A DNA stretch of 64,000 bases from Candidatus Brockarchaeota archaeon (GCA_017601345.1 JAFNIT010000002.1:11826-75825), one strand, 5' to 3'. Shown: positions 9,653-19,849, counted from the stretch's first letter. Notes: generated by a model from the sequence alone, not told the origin. Translations and numbers: made by a program.

Positions 9653-10828
9653 CTAGCAAGGAGTTTCAGTTAATGCGTCGAACGTTTCAATAAAAGCTTC
9701 CTCCATTCCAACAGGTATGACTCCGGAAGCAGCTACGCTGTGACCGTCTCCAAAACCACCGTGTTTACTGCAAGCCTCCGGTAGAACTCTTGATAAAGGA
9801 GGCCTAGAACCGTTTTCAATCATGCTCTTCAACTCTGACGGGGCTCTCGCAGAAACCTTCACATAGTCTTTCTCGAGAGAACCGTAGCCGGGGATATCCC
9901 TAGGCATCTTCATGAAGCCCAACAAGTATTTACTACTATCTACGAGCCTCTGGTAGCTTAAGTAAGAGGTGAAGCTGCCGAGCACTTTGCTCCCCATGTT
10001 CTTAAAGAAATCACGAGAGTCAAACCATTGAATATTATTCCTCTCGCCCAAGCCCTCTCTAGCTATTAGAGCCAACAGAGCCTTGTTAGCCTTCTTCCTC
10101 TCCTCCTCTAAGGCTTCTGAAAACTTCAGCATTTCAGACGTAAAGCCACTCGTACATGCTTCAAGGGCCTTTTCAACACCGCCGCGGTAATACCCTACTG
10201 AAGCAAGTATTGTAAGTATTTGCGAAGCCCTGGTCCTCGACAGCATAAAGCCTTCAACAGTAACTTTGAAATCTTTACCAGATTCTTCTAAAACTCCTTT
10301 CTCCAAAGCATCGTCTAAAGCAAGCTTGTTCAACCCTAAGGGTAACCCCGGTACTTCAACAGAGCCTATTAAAGCCAGGTATGAGAACCTACTAAGCTTC
10401 TCGTCGACGCTCTTCGCGAAGAAGTAAGCTACTGTGGAGGCTGAAGCATCCCTCTCCCCTCTGTATCCATATAGCTCAGGGTTGATGTTGAAAACATTAC
10501 TTTTGACTGTCAGCTCAGTATCGTGATGATCAATAATAACTGCTAGACTATCCTTATCAATAAGATCTCCTATCCTCTTAACGTGGGCTGAGCCAATGTC
10601 GGTGAAAACAGTAACCCTATAGCGGGACAATATTTTTTCAAGAACCTCCGGAAAAAGCTTATCTAAACATATAGTCTTGACAATGTAGCCCATCTTTTCA
10701 AGAGCTGCCTTAGTCAGAGCTGCGGAGCAAATGCCATCCGCCTCATCGTGATGTATTAAAACAGCATCTCCAACTTTTTTCCTCAGGGCTTCTATAGCCT
10801 TCTCCACGTTTGCCTTTAGTATCTCCAA
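9653..10828 (-). CDS. DHH family phosphoesterase (RecJ-like, DHH plus DHHA1)
   Basis: HHDEADGI, FTDIG, IIDHHD, VSAR...GDGHSVAASG. Confidence 0.85.
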   Translation of the reverse strand: MEILKANVEKAIEALRKKVGDAVLIHHDEADGICSAALTKAALEKMGYIVKTICLDKLFPEVLEKILSRYRVTVFTDIGSAHVKRIGDLIDKDSLAVIIDHHDTELTVKSNVFNINPELYGYRGERDASASTVAYFFAKSVDEKLSRFSYLALIGSVEVPGLPLGLNKLALDDALEKGVLEESGKDFKVTVEGFMLSRTRASQILTILASVGYYRGGVEKALEACTSGFTSEMLKFSEALEEERKKANKALLALIAREGLGERNNIQWFDSRDFFKNMGSKVLGSFTSYLSYQRLVDSSKYLLGFMKMPRDIPGYGSLEKDYVKVSARAPSELKSMIENGSRPPLSRVLPEACSKHGGFGDGHSVAASGVIPVGMEEAFIETFDALTETPC

Positions 10829-10934
10829 CCCCTATTTTTCAACGGCAGGGGTAGGAAATAAACTTGAAGCAATGTGAATTATTATACCAGAAAAAATCTC
10901 ATAAATATCCCTTATTACGTATGATTCTAAGCAG

Positions 10935-11450
10935 ATGAAGACATTGAGGCTTAGGGCTATGGTTTCCATCCTGTTCACTTTACTAATTACAGGATTCTTT
11001 CTAAAATTAGGCTTTTCAACCCCTCAAAAAACGGCCTTGTTTTGAGTGAAAACGGTAAAAAACGTACGAGCATTAGCTGCTACGTATGGTGCGAACCAAT
11101 TTCTTGGGGGGTTGTAATAAGTGGACCGCATTTCTGAACAGTTTCCTCTACAGTAAGCATTTGGCAGCGTCCCAGTTTATTAGAATCCTGGAGGATATTG
11201 GTAAATGTACAAGCAATAGCGATGGTTCGTATTCCTATGTGGCAAGCATATTCGACGTTGGTTTTCACGCTTTTCTACATGGATTCATGGCCGGGTGATG
11301 ATAAGAATCGTGGTGCAACAAGCGGTATGACTCCTGTTAAAGACTCATTCGCAGCCATTGTGTATTTTAGATACATATTTTCCCTTCCTTGTCAGTAAGC
11401 ATAGCAGTTTTATCCTGCGCCATGAGACGTTTGAAAAGCCATAGTAAGGA
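10935..11450 (+). pseudogene. Frameshifted remnant of a secreted Ig-like-domain surface protein
   Basis: Signal peptide MKTLRLRAMVSILFTLLITGFFL (stop at 11043), then fragments TSISCYV, TVSSTVSIWQRPS..SWRILVNV, SNSDGSYSYV, SWPGDDKNRGATS and a hydrophobic-plus-basic tail SVSIAVLSCAMRRLK spread over three frames. Confidence 0.55.
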
Positions 11451-11988
11451 AGGAGAGGGAGGCATATCAATACTCTTGCTGGATACAAGTATTTCAGCAA
11501 TGTTATATTAAACACTATCATTATAGGGTTAAAATTATCGCACGTGCGTTACATTCCTAATCTGAGTTTACAATTATCACGGCTAATAATACTTGCAAAC
11601 ATTATAGCTTTTTCTCGATGCTCTGTCTGCATATTATCCAAATATTTTTTGTAGAAAGATTTCTAAAATCAGAAAGAGAATTTTTATCACAACGGTATTC
11701 GTAATTGGATTTCTGATAGTTTCCTTTAATTAAATGCATCAATATACATCTTGGGAGAATTTTCTCAAGGAGAATATGCATAGCTTACTTAGACTGAGGA
11801 TATCGTAAACCCGGGAATAACGGTAGCCTTTGGTTAACCTTATGGAAAGTTGTAGCGTGAAAACTACTATTTTCTTGAACCATGAAATATATAATGTATT
11901 GGTGGTTGATGTTTTTACGAGAAGCACAGGAAAGGGTTAACTTGTGACGTAGAAAAAGCATGTGACTATGACAAAGTAGTTCAGTAAC

Positions 11989-12468
11989 TTACCGCTCTTC
12001 GAGCAGGATCTTCACAGCCTTTTTACTAAGCTCCCTTCCAGCCTGGTCGACCGTCACGTATTTCAACGCTTCCTTAGGACAATACTCGACGCACTTGGGT
12101 GAACCATATTTCTCACAGTAGTCGCATACGATTACTTTCCTCCTACCCAAGTGCAGCCTTATGACTCCGAATGGACATGCTTCAACGCACCAGCCGCACC
12201 CATTGCATTTGTTCTCGTCGATAGCTATTATACCATTCGGCTTCTGTTTTAAAGCGTCTCTGGGGCATGCTTTAACACAAACAGGGTCTTCGCACTTCCT
12301 GCATGTTACCGCGATGTTTAGAAACGGTTCTATTCTAACAACTCTTATCCTTGACTTCTTGATGTTCATAACACCCTCGCTAACGTAGGAGCAGACATAC
12401 TCGCATATCCTGCATCCGTTGCACTTATCCGGGTCGCAGACAATAACCTTCCTAAGCCTCGACTCCAA
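11989..12468 (-). CDS. 4Fe-4S dicluster protein, small partner subunit of AOR
   Basis: CNGCRIC, CRKCEDPVCVKACP, CNGCGWCVEACP, CDYC...CVEYCP; overlaps the aor stop. Confidence 0.9.
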   Translation of the reverse strand: MESRLRKVIVCDPDKCNGCRICEYVCSYVSEGVMNIKKSRIRVVRIEPFLNIAVTCRKCEDPVCVKACPRDALKQKPNGIIAIDENKCNGCGWCVEACPFGVIRLHLGRRKVIVCDYCEKYGSPKCVEYCPKEALKYVTVDQAGRELSKKAVKILLEER

Positions 12469-14302
12469 CTTCCTCAGCCTCTTTGTTAAGCCCCAGTTCT
12501 AAAAGCTTCCTCTTCGTAGGTATACCGTCTTTATTCCAGCCTCTACATTCGTAGTAACCGTCTAGGGCTTCGTCGTACTCCTCCCTCTTTATTACAGCGC
12601 CTTTAACAACATCATCTGGCAACGGGTCTTCGAAAGCCCTAGGAGGCGGATAATCGTCTTTCCTAGATATTCCACATTTAATGTTGAAACACCTTGCCAA
12701 ATTATGTATTCTCTCACCGGCCTTAATTATCTGCTCTCCAGTCATGCTCAAGCCAGTTACAAGCGTATAGAGTTTTGCAAGCTCGTCTACAGACTTGAAT
12801 ATGCCTCTCGTAAACTTGCATATTATCAGAGAGTCTATAATAGCATAAAGGTTCTCCCCGTCGTAGACTATCTTTCCCCTGCTCCTGTCTAGCCTAAGCC
12901 TGTCAACCTGACCTTTGACATCAACCTGGTATGAGCCTGACCTAAGGTAGTCAGCACCTCTGTTGGAGACTGCGAAACCTAGAGTGGAGGTTTGGAGAGA
13001 CCTAAGCTCGTAAGCAGCCCACTCTAACCCTTTACAGTGCATGGCGAATTTCTCAGAGCCCTTGCCAACTATTTGAGAAGCCCTCCTAACTCCTTCAGCT
13101 AGAAGACTACCCAGCCTTCCTTCTCTCAGGCAGAGCCTTCTAAGAGCATCCAGTAATGCTTCGCCGTTTCCAAACCTGAGGTCGATACCATCAGTCTCAT
13201 CCCTGCTTAAAATACCTTTTTCATAACACTCCATTGCCCATCCTACAACGTTCCCGGCAGATATCGTGTCAACACCTAGCGTGTCACATATTTCAACAGC
13301 TTTGGTGATAAAGTCAAGGCTTCTAATCCCACAGTTTGGGCCGAGCAAAGCCAAGCTCTCGTAGTCGACGCTTGAAGTCGACCCGGCGTAGGCCTCTCTA
13401 GCCTGGTTTACATGGTCGCATGCTATGGGGCAGCCTGCACAAGCAATAATCTTCTTAACATGAGTCTTCAACATCATTTCTCCAGAAACCTCTTCTGCAT
13501 ATTCGAACGTACCCCGTTGGAAATTGTACGAAGGCAAACATCCTAGCTTATTGTGGACTAGGACATTAGCAGGAGTTCCGTAGATCCTATACTTCTCTGT
13601 GGCGGGGCCTTGGCAACGCTCGTTAAGGTCTGCGATGAATTTAAGTAAGCTCTCGATGTCAGCAACCTCGACGTCTTTAGTCCCCCTTACGGCTACGGCC
13701 TTAAGGTTCTTAGAGCCCATTACAGCGCCCAGTCCGCATCTGCCTACTTGCCTATTCCTCTCGTTAGTTATGTTAGCGAGCTTAACCATCCTCTCCCCGG
13801 CTGGGCCTATTGATGCTACTACGAAAGACTCGTCTCCAAGCTCCTCTTTGATCATCTCCTCAGTTTCCCATGTGGTCCTACCCCAGAGATGGGAAGCGTC
13901 TCTAAGCTCAATATTGTCGTCGTCAATCATTAAGTATGATGGTTTCTCAGACCTTCCCGTGAAGACTATACCGTCCCAGCCTGCGCTCTTTAACTCTGAG
14001 GCGAAGAGCCCTGAGGAAATTCCGAAGCCGAATATCCCTGTCAACGGGGATTTGGCGAAGACAGAATACTTGTTACCGGCTGTAGAAATTGTCCCAGCCA
14101 ATGGACCAGTCCACCAGATTAAAACATTCTCCGGAGATAATGGGTCTATTTGAGCGGGATTAGGAAGCATATCGTATAGGGCTCTGGCGCCGAAGCCGTA
14201 GCCACCGATGTAGTTTATAGCCATATACTCGTCTACTCTATCAATTACAGTTTTACCACGCGTCAGGTCGATGGTCAAATACCTCCCAGCGTATCCTTTC
14301 AA
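12452..14302 (-). CDS. aor: Tungsten-containing aldehyde:ferredoxin oxidoreductase family protein
   Basis: KSPLTG, IGPAGE, GLGAVMGSKNLKAVAV, CAGCPIAC, CDTLGVDTIS, DSLIICKF. Confidence 0.9.
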   Translation of the reverse strand: MKGYAGRYLTIDLTRGKTVIDRVDEYMAINYIGGYGFGARALYDMLPNPAQIDPLSPENVLIWWTGPLAGTISTAGNKYSVFAKSPLTGIFGFGISSGLFASELKSAGWDGIVFTGRSEKPSYLMIDDDNIELRDASHLWGRTTWETEEMIKEELGDESFVVASIGPAGERMVKLANITNERNRQVGRCGLGAVMGSKNLKAVAVRGTKDVEVADIESLLKFIADLNERCQGPATEKYRIYGTPANVLVHNKLGCLPSYNFQRGTFEYAEEVSGEMMLKTHVKKIIACAGCPIACDHVNQAREAYAGSTSSVDYESLALLGPNCGIRSLDFITKAVEICDTLGVDTISAGNVVGWAMECYEKGILSRDETDGIDLRFGNGEALLDALRRLCLREGRLGSLLAEGVRRASQIVGKGSEKFAMHCKGLEWAAYELRSLQTSTLGFAVSNRGADYLRSGSYQVDVKGQVDRLRLDRSRGKIVYDGENLYAIIDSLIICKFTRGIFKSVDELAKLYTLVTGLSMTGEQIIKAGERIHNLARCFNIKCGISRKDDYPPPRAFEDPLPDDVVKGAVIKREEYDEALDGYYECRGWNKDGIPTKRKLLELGLNKEAEEVGVEA

Positions 14303-14305
14303 CCC

Positions 14306-14623
14306 TCATCCTCCTCCTGCTACAGAGGGCGATAAGACAACCTTATCTCCGGGTTTGACAACGTACTCGCTTAACTTCCCTAGGTTGACAGCCTTCCCAT
14401 TTAGAATTATTAGCGAATACTCTTCCATCAACTCCCCCTTAGATCCTATGAAGTGTGAAACAACGTCAAAACCAGCTTTCTCACCAAGCTTCTTTAAGAG
14501 GCTTAGTAGACTGGTTTCAGATTCTACATCGACCCTCATACTCTTACTGTTGAACAGCTCTTGGAACCTCCCTATGAACTCAACCTGGACCTCGCCCAAT
14601 CTGAGAAGTATTCTCAATAGCAT
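14306..14623 (-). CDS. moaD: MoaD/ThiS (SAMP-like) sulfur carrier
   Basis: Ubiquitin-like fold, IILNGK...GDKV...PSVAGGG C-terminus; first gene of the aor operon. Confidence 0.85.
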   Translation of the reverse strand: MLLRILLRLGEVQVEFIGRFQELFNSKSMRVDVESETSLLSLLKKLGEKAGFDVVSHFIGSKGELMEEYSLIILNGKAVNLGKLSEYVVKPGDKVVLSPSVAGGG

Positions 14624-14701
14624 ATTAATAAAGACTTTTCGTATGCCTAATTATTTGGCTAAAGCTTTTCTACCACCAAAACCAGCTCTTTCCCTGAGGA
14701 T

Positions 14702-15523
14702 TTGTCGATAAAGATAGATGATGGTCTTCCGTTAATCGTCGTTGAGAGACGTTTTTATACAGATTATATTAGGCTAACTATCGATAGGAGCAAGTGCATC
14801 TTCTGCGATGTCTGCATGAAAGTATGCCCTAAGAACGCTGTGAGAATAGCCAGGAGGAGCGACGGCTCGTTAACCCTATCCGTCAGCGACGACTGCAGCC
14901 TATGCGGAGCATGCGAGCCACTATGCCCCCCTGGAGCAATAGTCCTCACTGTCAACGGGAGGCGTGAAAACCCGATAGTCTCTTCCAAGGGGTTTCCACT
15001 TCCACTGCCGAAGGTTGAAGTAGATTCTTCAAAATGCAAGGAAGATTGTTTCGAATGCTATAAGACCTGTCCCAGGGGCGCTTTAACAATAGACAGTAAG
15101 CATAATATTAGGGTTGACGAAAGCAAGTGTCTGAGATGCCCATGGTGCGAGTATGCTTGCCCAGAGCACGCTATAAGCGTGAACCCGCTTTTCGAAGGCT
15201 CGATAACCGTCGACGAGTCTAAGTGCGAGGAGAAGTGCGAGGCATGCGTAGAAATATGTCCTACTAAAGCACTGGCTAAAAGCGACGGCAGAATTACTGT
15301 AGACCAGAAGTATTGCATACTCTGCAACGCCTGCACCCATCTGGACGTCTGCAGGAACCGCGCGATAACAGTAGTAAGGCGTAGGATACTTCACGGCGAG
15401 GGTTTCTCAGCTGTTTGGACGAATGCTTTGAAAAACCTCTTGGGAGGAAGGCTTATTGCGAGAGAGCTCGACGCCGGAAGTCACAGGAGGCTGAGCAAGC
15501 TGGTTGAGGAGGCTAAGCTATAA
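14702..15523 (+). CDS. Polyferredoxin (FwdF/MvhB-like)
   Basis: Repeated CxxCxxCxxxCP-type motifs; C-terminal FSAVWTNALKNL resembles FwdF. Confidence 0.8.
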   Translation: MSIKIDDGLPLIVVERRFYTDYIRLTIDRSKCIFCDVCMKVCPKNAVRIARRSDGSLTLSVSDDCSLCGACEPLCPPGAIVLTVNGRRENPIVSSKGFPLPLPKVEVDSSKCKEDCFECYKTCPRGALTIDSKHNIRVDESKCLRCPWCEYACPEHAISVNPLFEGSITVDESKCEEKCEACVEICPTKALAKSDGRITVDQKYCILCNACTHLDVCRNRAITVVRRRILHGEGFSAVWTNALKNLLGGRLIARELDAGSHRRLSKLVEEAKL

Positions 15524-17958
15524 TGTCTGAAGAGCCTAGGATAGGAGTATTCGTATGTCACTGCGGTAAGAACATAGGCGGCGTAGTTGACGTAGTCAAG
15601 GTAGCTGAATACGCTAAGACGCTTCCAAACGTGGTATATGCTTCGCATAATCTCTACACGTGCTCCGATGCTGGACAGGCTGAGATAAAGAGGATCATAA
15701 AAGAATACGGTTTGAACAGGGTTGTGGTTGCAGCATGCTCACCCAAGATGCATGAGCCGACTTTCAGAGCATGCGTATCTGAAGCAGGCTTAAACCCCTA
15801 TCTCTTCGAAATGGCCAACATAAGAGAGCACTGCTCTTGGGTTCACGCCAACGACCCCGAGGGCGCCACCCGTAAGGCAATGGACCTTGTTAAGATGGCT
15901 GTTGCAAAAGCGAGGCTTCTAGAGCCATTGGAGCCGGTAATAGTCCCGGTTGAGAAAACCCTGTTGGTAATAGGTGGAGGTCTAGCAGGCATGAGGACGG
16001 CTCTCGACGTTGCAAACGCAGGATACAACGTCATACTTGTGGAAAGGTCTTCGAAACTAGGCGGTAAGACAGCAATGCTCGGAAAAACCTTTCCGAAAGT
16101 GGATTGCACAGCCTGCTTGATAAACGAGATGATAAGCAGGGTTTTAACGCATCCAAGGATAAGGGTTTTAACGCTTTCAGAAGTAGTTAGCGTAGACGGC
16201 TACGTCGGAAACTTCATCGTCACGGTTAAGAGAATGCCTTCAAAAGTCTCAGATGAATGCATCGGATGTGGAAAGTGTGTGGAAGCATGTCCCGTTGAAG
16301 TTGAGGAAGAGTTTTCGCACGGCCTCTCCAAGAGGAAGGCAATATACCTAGTTGAGAAAACCCGGGGAGGCGCCAGTTGCGAATACGGGTATGAGAAGGT
16401 AATCCATATACCTGGCCTGGTTGGAAGCCCGTTGATTGCTGCAGTCGACACTAAGAACTGTACTAAATGTGGGAAGTGCGTTGAGGCATGTCCTGTTAAG
16501 GCGATAGACCTAGAGTCACCCGGCTTAGAGGAGGCTTTTAAAGCCGGCGCAATAGTATTGGCAACAGGTTTCGACCTCTTCAATCCGGAGAGAAAACCAG
16601 AGTACGGTTACGGAAGGTTAAGAAACGTTCTTACAAGCATGGAGTTCGAGAAAATACTTACGCCAAACGGGCCGACCCATGGGAGAATAATAAGGCTATC
16701 AGACAATCAGCCCGTTAAGAAAATAGCTTTCATACAATGTGTAGGGTGCAGGGACGAGGCTACAAACATATACTGCTCGAGAATATGCTGCATGATAACC
16801 CTTAAGCAAGCAGTCCTCGTGAAGAAGAACAACCCAAACATTGATGCGACAGTCTTCTACATAGACATCAGGGCAGGTGGAAAAGAGTACGAGACAATAT
16901 TCAGAATGGCGAGAGAGATGGGGATCAGGTTCATCAGGGGCAGGCCAGACTCGGTCAGTGAGGAGAACGGCATGCTCATCGTAACGGCGGAAGATACGTT
17001 AAGCGGAGAAAGAGTAAGAACCCCAGTAGACATGGTTGTGCTTGCAGTAGGCATGCAGCCATCAGAAGGAGCCGACAAGCTCGGTGAAATGCTGAGAGTA
17101 CCCAGGGACCAATACGGCTTCTTCATGGAGGCGCATATCAAGCTAAAACCGGTTGAAACAGTCGTAAATGGAATATTCCTAGCAGGATCATGCGCAGGCC
17201 CCACCGATATACCAATGACGGTAGCCAGAGGACACGCGGCAGCATCCAAAGCACTAGTGCTATTCTCAAAAGACTTCATAGAGCTGGAGCCGATAACAAG
17301 CTACATAGACCCGATGAAATGCAAAGGCTGCCTAGCATGCACCAAGATGTGCCCCTACCAAGCACTCAAACCAGTAGAATTAGAAGGGAGGAAAGTAATC
17401 CAGGTAACGCAATCCATGTGCGCAGGCTGTGGAACATGCACAGCAGGCTGTCCCTTCAACGCCCTAAACCAGCACCACTTCACCGACGAACAAATATTTG
17501 CACAAATCGATGCGGCACTCGAAGAACAACCCAAAGAAAAAATTATAAGTTTCAATTGTAACTGGTGTTCCTACGCGGGCGCCGACATGGCTGGCGTCTC
17601 AAGATTCGAGTATCCTTCAAGCGTGAGGATAATCAGAGTCATGTGCTCAGGCAGGGTCAGCGAGAAAATGATCATAAGAGCATTTGAGAAGGGTGCGGGG
17701 ATGGTTCTTGTCGCGCCTTGTCACCCCGCAGACTGCCACTACATCAGTGGCAACGAGTGGGCTAGGAGGAGGGTTGAGTCTCTTAAGAAGAGGCTTGGTA
17801 AGATGGGGGTTAATCCTGACCGCTTATGGTTCGTCTACGTTTCTGCTGCTGAAGGGAACGTTTATCAAAATACAATTATTAAAATGCATGAATATTTGCA
17901 GAAGCTTAAGAGTGGCGAGATGGGCTGGGGCGCTGAGGAGGCTAAGGCGGTAGCCTAG
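15523..17958 (+). CDS. hdrA: Heterodisulfide reductase subunit A fused to a C-terminal MvhD domain
   Basis: RIGVFVCHCG, AACSP..HE, NIREHCSWVH, IGGGLAG FAD motif, IQCVGCRD..YCSRICC; C-terminal CNWCSYAGAD..RVMCSGRV..CHPADCHY (MvhD). Confidence 0.92.
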   Translation: MSEEPRIGVFVCHCGKNIGGVVDVVKVAEYAKTLPNVVYASHNLYTCSDAGQAEIKRIIKEYGLNRVVVAACSPKMHEPTFRACVSEAGLNPYLFEMANIREHCSWVHANDPEGATRKAMDLVKMAVAKARLLEPLEPVIVPVEKTLLVIGGGLAGMRTALDVANAGYNVILVERSSKLGGKTAMLGKTFPKVDCTACLINEMISRVLTHPRIRVLTLSEVVSVDGYVGNFIVTVKRMPSKVSDECIGCGKCVEACPVEVEEEFSHGLSKRKAIYLVEKTRGGASCEYGYEKVIHIPGLVGSPLIAAVDTKNCTKCGKCVEACPVKAIDLESPGLEEAFKAGAIVLATGFDLFNPERKPEYGYGRLRNVLTSMEFEKILTPNGPTHGRIIRLSDNQPVKKIAFIQCVGCRDEATNIYCSRICCMITLKQAVLVKKNNPNIDATVFYIDIRAGGKEYETIFRMAREMGIRFIRGRPDSVSEENGMLIVTAEDTLSGERVRTPVDMVVLAVGMQPSEGADKLGEMLRVPRDQYGFFMEAHIKLKPVETVVNGIFLAGSCAGPTDIPMTVARGHAAASKALVLFSKDFIELEPITSYIDPMKCKGCLACTKMCPYQALKPVELEGRKVIQVTQSMCAGCGTCTAGCPFNALNQHHFTDEQIFAQIDAALEEQPKEKIISFNCNWCSYAGADMAGVSRFEYPSSVRIIRVMCSGRVSEKMIIRAFEKGAGMVLVAPCHPADCHYISGNEWARRRVESLKKRLGKMGVNPDRLWFVYVSAAEGNVYQNTIIKMHEYLQKLKSGEMGWGAEEAKAVA

Positions 17959-18205
17959 TCAGGGTTTTTAAGACATAATGGGAATGATTTACGCGCGCAG
18001 GAGCATCAAAACATAGAGACCCTATCTGCACCCTTCCATCCTTATATTCACAGATGTATCTACAACTAATAGGCTCCTGACAATATATTTCCCATTTTCT
18101 CTTCATTGGGTATGTTTCTATCTTAAATTGCTTATGCTTAATCTCATCATTAAACCTCTCGTTGAGAAAGTTTCTTAATTTTTCGAAAAACTCGCTATTC
18201 ATCAT
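17942..18205 (-). pseudogene. Truncated third copy of the 19163..19846 family
   Basis: EKLRNFLNERF..QFKIET..ISCRYICEYKDGRVQIGSLCFDAP closely matches the N-terminal part of 19163..19846; similarity stops after CFDAP, just short of the convergent hdrA stop. Confidence 0.7.
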
Positions 18206-18247
18206 TTCATTTTCCTCCCATGATATCCTTAATTATTTGTTCCACCT

Positions 18248-18942
18248 TCATTTTTTAACTTCCCCTGTTTCTTTTCTTACCTTGGCTAAGAACTCTCTTT
18301 TGAACTCTTTGTATTCTTCATTTTCATGCGATCTCTTATGCTCATCGTATAGTTTAAAGGCCGTGTAAACCGCTTCAACTCTTCTCAATACTTCATCGAT
18401 TATCTGTTCTTCTGTCATACCTTTTGAGTCAAAGAGTGACATGAAAAAGGAGTCGTATCCGGGGTTTATATAGTATATCACTTCCGCGGAAAACTTCTTG
18501 CTTACCCTCTTAACCACTTCATCTGCCCAGTATGCCGATATAATGAACCAATTATAGGGCTTTTTTCGATATCTTTTTCGAGGTACTTTTCCCACCTCCT
18601 GTTTACCACATCATTAAGTATTTCTTCTTTCTCTTTGTTGAATGCGGCCCATATTTTCTCTTTTTCTTCCTTACTTTTCGCTTCTTTAATTTTAGGTTCG
18701 TAAAGTGGGTATATCATAAACCAAATTCCATCATCCCAATCATCTACTACGTGGGTTGATACTCCAATCCTTCCATCAGTGAATCCGATAATTCCAAAAC
18801 CTCCATACATAGATGTGTTTATACGCCATTTTTCATCTTTAAAAACAGGGTTGGTATCTAACTCAAAGGGTTCAAACCATTTTATTTTACTTTTATACTT
18901 CTCGTTTAGTATGTCCCTCAACTTCTCAGACAGTTGGCTCAT
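18248..18942 (-). pseudogene. Frameshifted second copy of the 19163..19846 family
   Basis: ORF 18502..18942 supplies the N-half (..KEKEEILNDVVNRR) and ORF 18248..18595 the C-half (KPY..WAD..KKF..FDSKGM..RVEAV..KLYDE); frame changes around the A6 run at 18561-18566. Confidence 0.75.
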
Positions 18943-19162
18943 GTTCCTAGCCCTCCTTAATTGAAGAACCCTTCACCGATGCCTTCATCCTAATTTTATG
19001 ATAATCGTACAATCTTTTTAAACATCACTCCGATTTCAGTTTCTATAACATTAGAGTCAGGAAGCTTTTAAGCGAGACTTAGGGAGCAAGTTTTATTTTT
19101 CATCCCAGCATGACTAAAAATAAGATTCCGCAAAGGAAAACTCTTAATCGAGTGTTTTAAAA

Positions 19163-19846
19163 CTATCTTTGACCAGCCTTTGATCTTTCCAGCATTTCTC
19201 TGTGGAACTCTTTGTATCCCTTCTTGAAATCCTCGTCGTAGAGCTTGCGTGTAGCCGAGACTGCCTCAACCCTCTTCTTTATTTCTTCGAACTTGCGTTC
19301 CTCATCCATGCCCTTCGAATCGAAGGAGGAGATGAAATATGTTCTCCAGTGGTGGCTTGTCACGTCGATGAAGACTTTAACCTCAACGCCGAACTTCTTG
19401 CCGATTTCTTCAGCTATTTTGTCAGCCCATAATAGTCTTGTGAAAACACGTCCGTAGGGCTTCCTAATGTGCTTCTCGATATTCCTCCTATTTATAAAAT
19501 CGTCCAGTATCTCTTTCTCTTTTCTATCTATCTTAGCGAAGACCTCCTCTTTCTTCGTCTTGAACTCGCGTTGATGAAGCCTAACCAAAACCTCGCCGAC
19601 TTCATCCCCAGGAGCATCGAAGCATAGAGATTCTACTTGCACCCTTCCATCTTCATATTCATAGATGTATCTGCAACTAATGAATGCTCCAGTCCCTATT
19701 TCCCACCTTCCCCGCGCCAATTTTTTTTCATTTTCGTCATAACACATTACATCTCTTGTTTCTATTTTAAATTGCTCAGTATTTAGTTCATTCCTGAACC
19801 GCTCATTAAGATAGTTTCTCAACTTTTCTAGTAAGGCTTGACTCAC
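19163..19846 (-). CDS. Uncharacterised protein, candidate immunity protein (intact copy of a three-copy family)
   Basis: 227-aa ORF starting 4 nt after the nuclease-like ORF; paralogous to the two downstream broken copies. Confidence 0.75.
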   Translation of the reverse strand: MSQALLEKLRNYLNERFRNELNTEQFKIETRDVMCYDENEKKLARGRWEIGTGAFISCRYIYEYEDGRVQVESLCFDAPGDEVGEVLVRLHQREFKTKKEEVFAKIDRKEKEILDDFINRRNIEKHIRKPYGRVFTRLLWADKIAEEIGKKFGVEVKVFIDVTSHHWRTYFISSFDSKGMDEERKFEEIKKRVEAVSATRKLYDEDFKKGYKEFHREMLERSKAGQR

Positions 19847-19849
19847 TTC

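Noticed and set aside
11739-11927. Short ORFs in AT-rich gaps (also 46366..46572)
   Set aside because: No motif, signal or similarity I can recognise; likely spurious or too decayed to call.
13599-14153. Long antisense ORFs (e.g. 13599..14153, 41806..42480, 59137..59742, 60049..60627)
   Set aside because: They shadow well-supported genes on the opposite strand and have no recognisable motifs.
16850-17540. Apparent A/C-rich third-codon-position stretch inside hdrA suggesting a recombined segment
   Set aside because: Could not be quantified by eye, similar skew appears elsewhere and there are no clear boundaries; needs sliding-window codon analysis.
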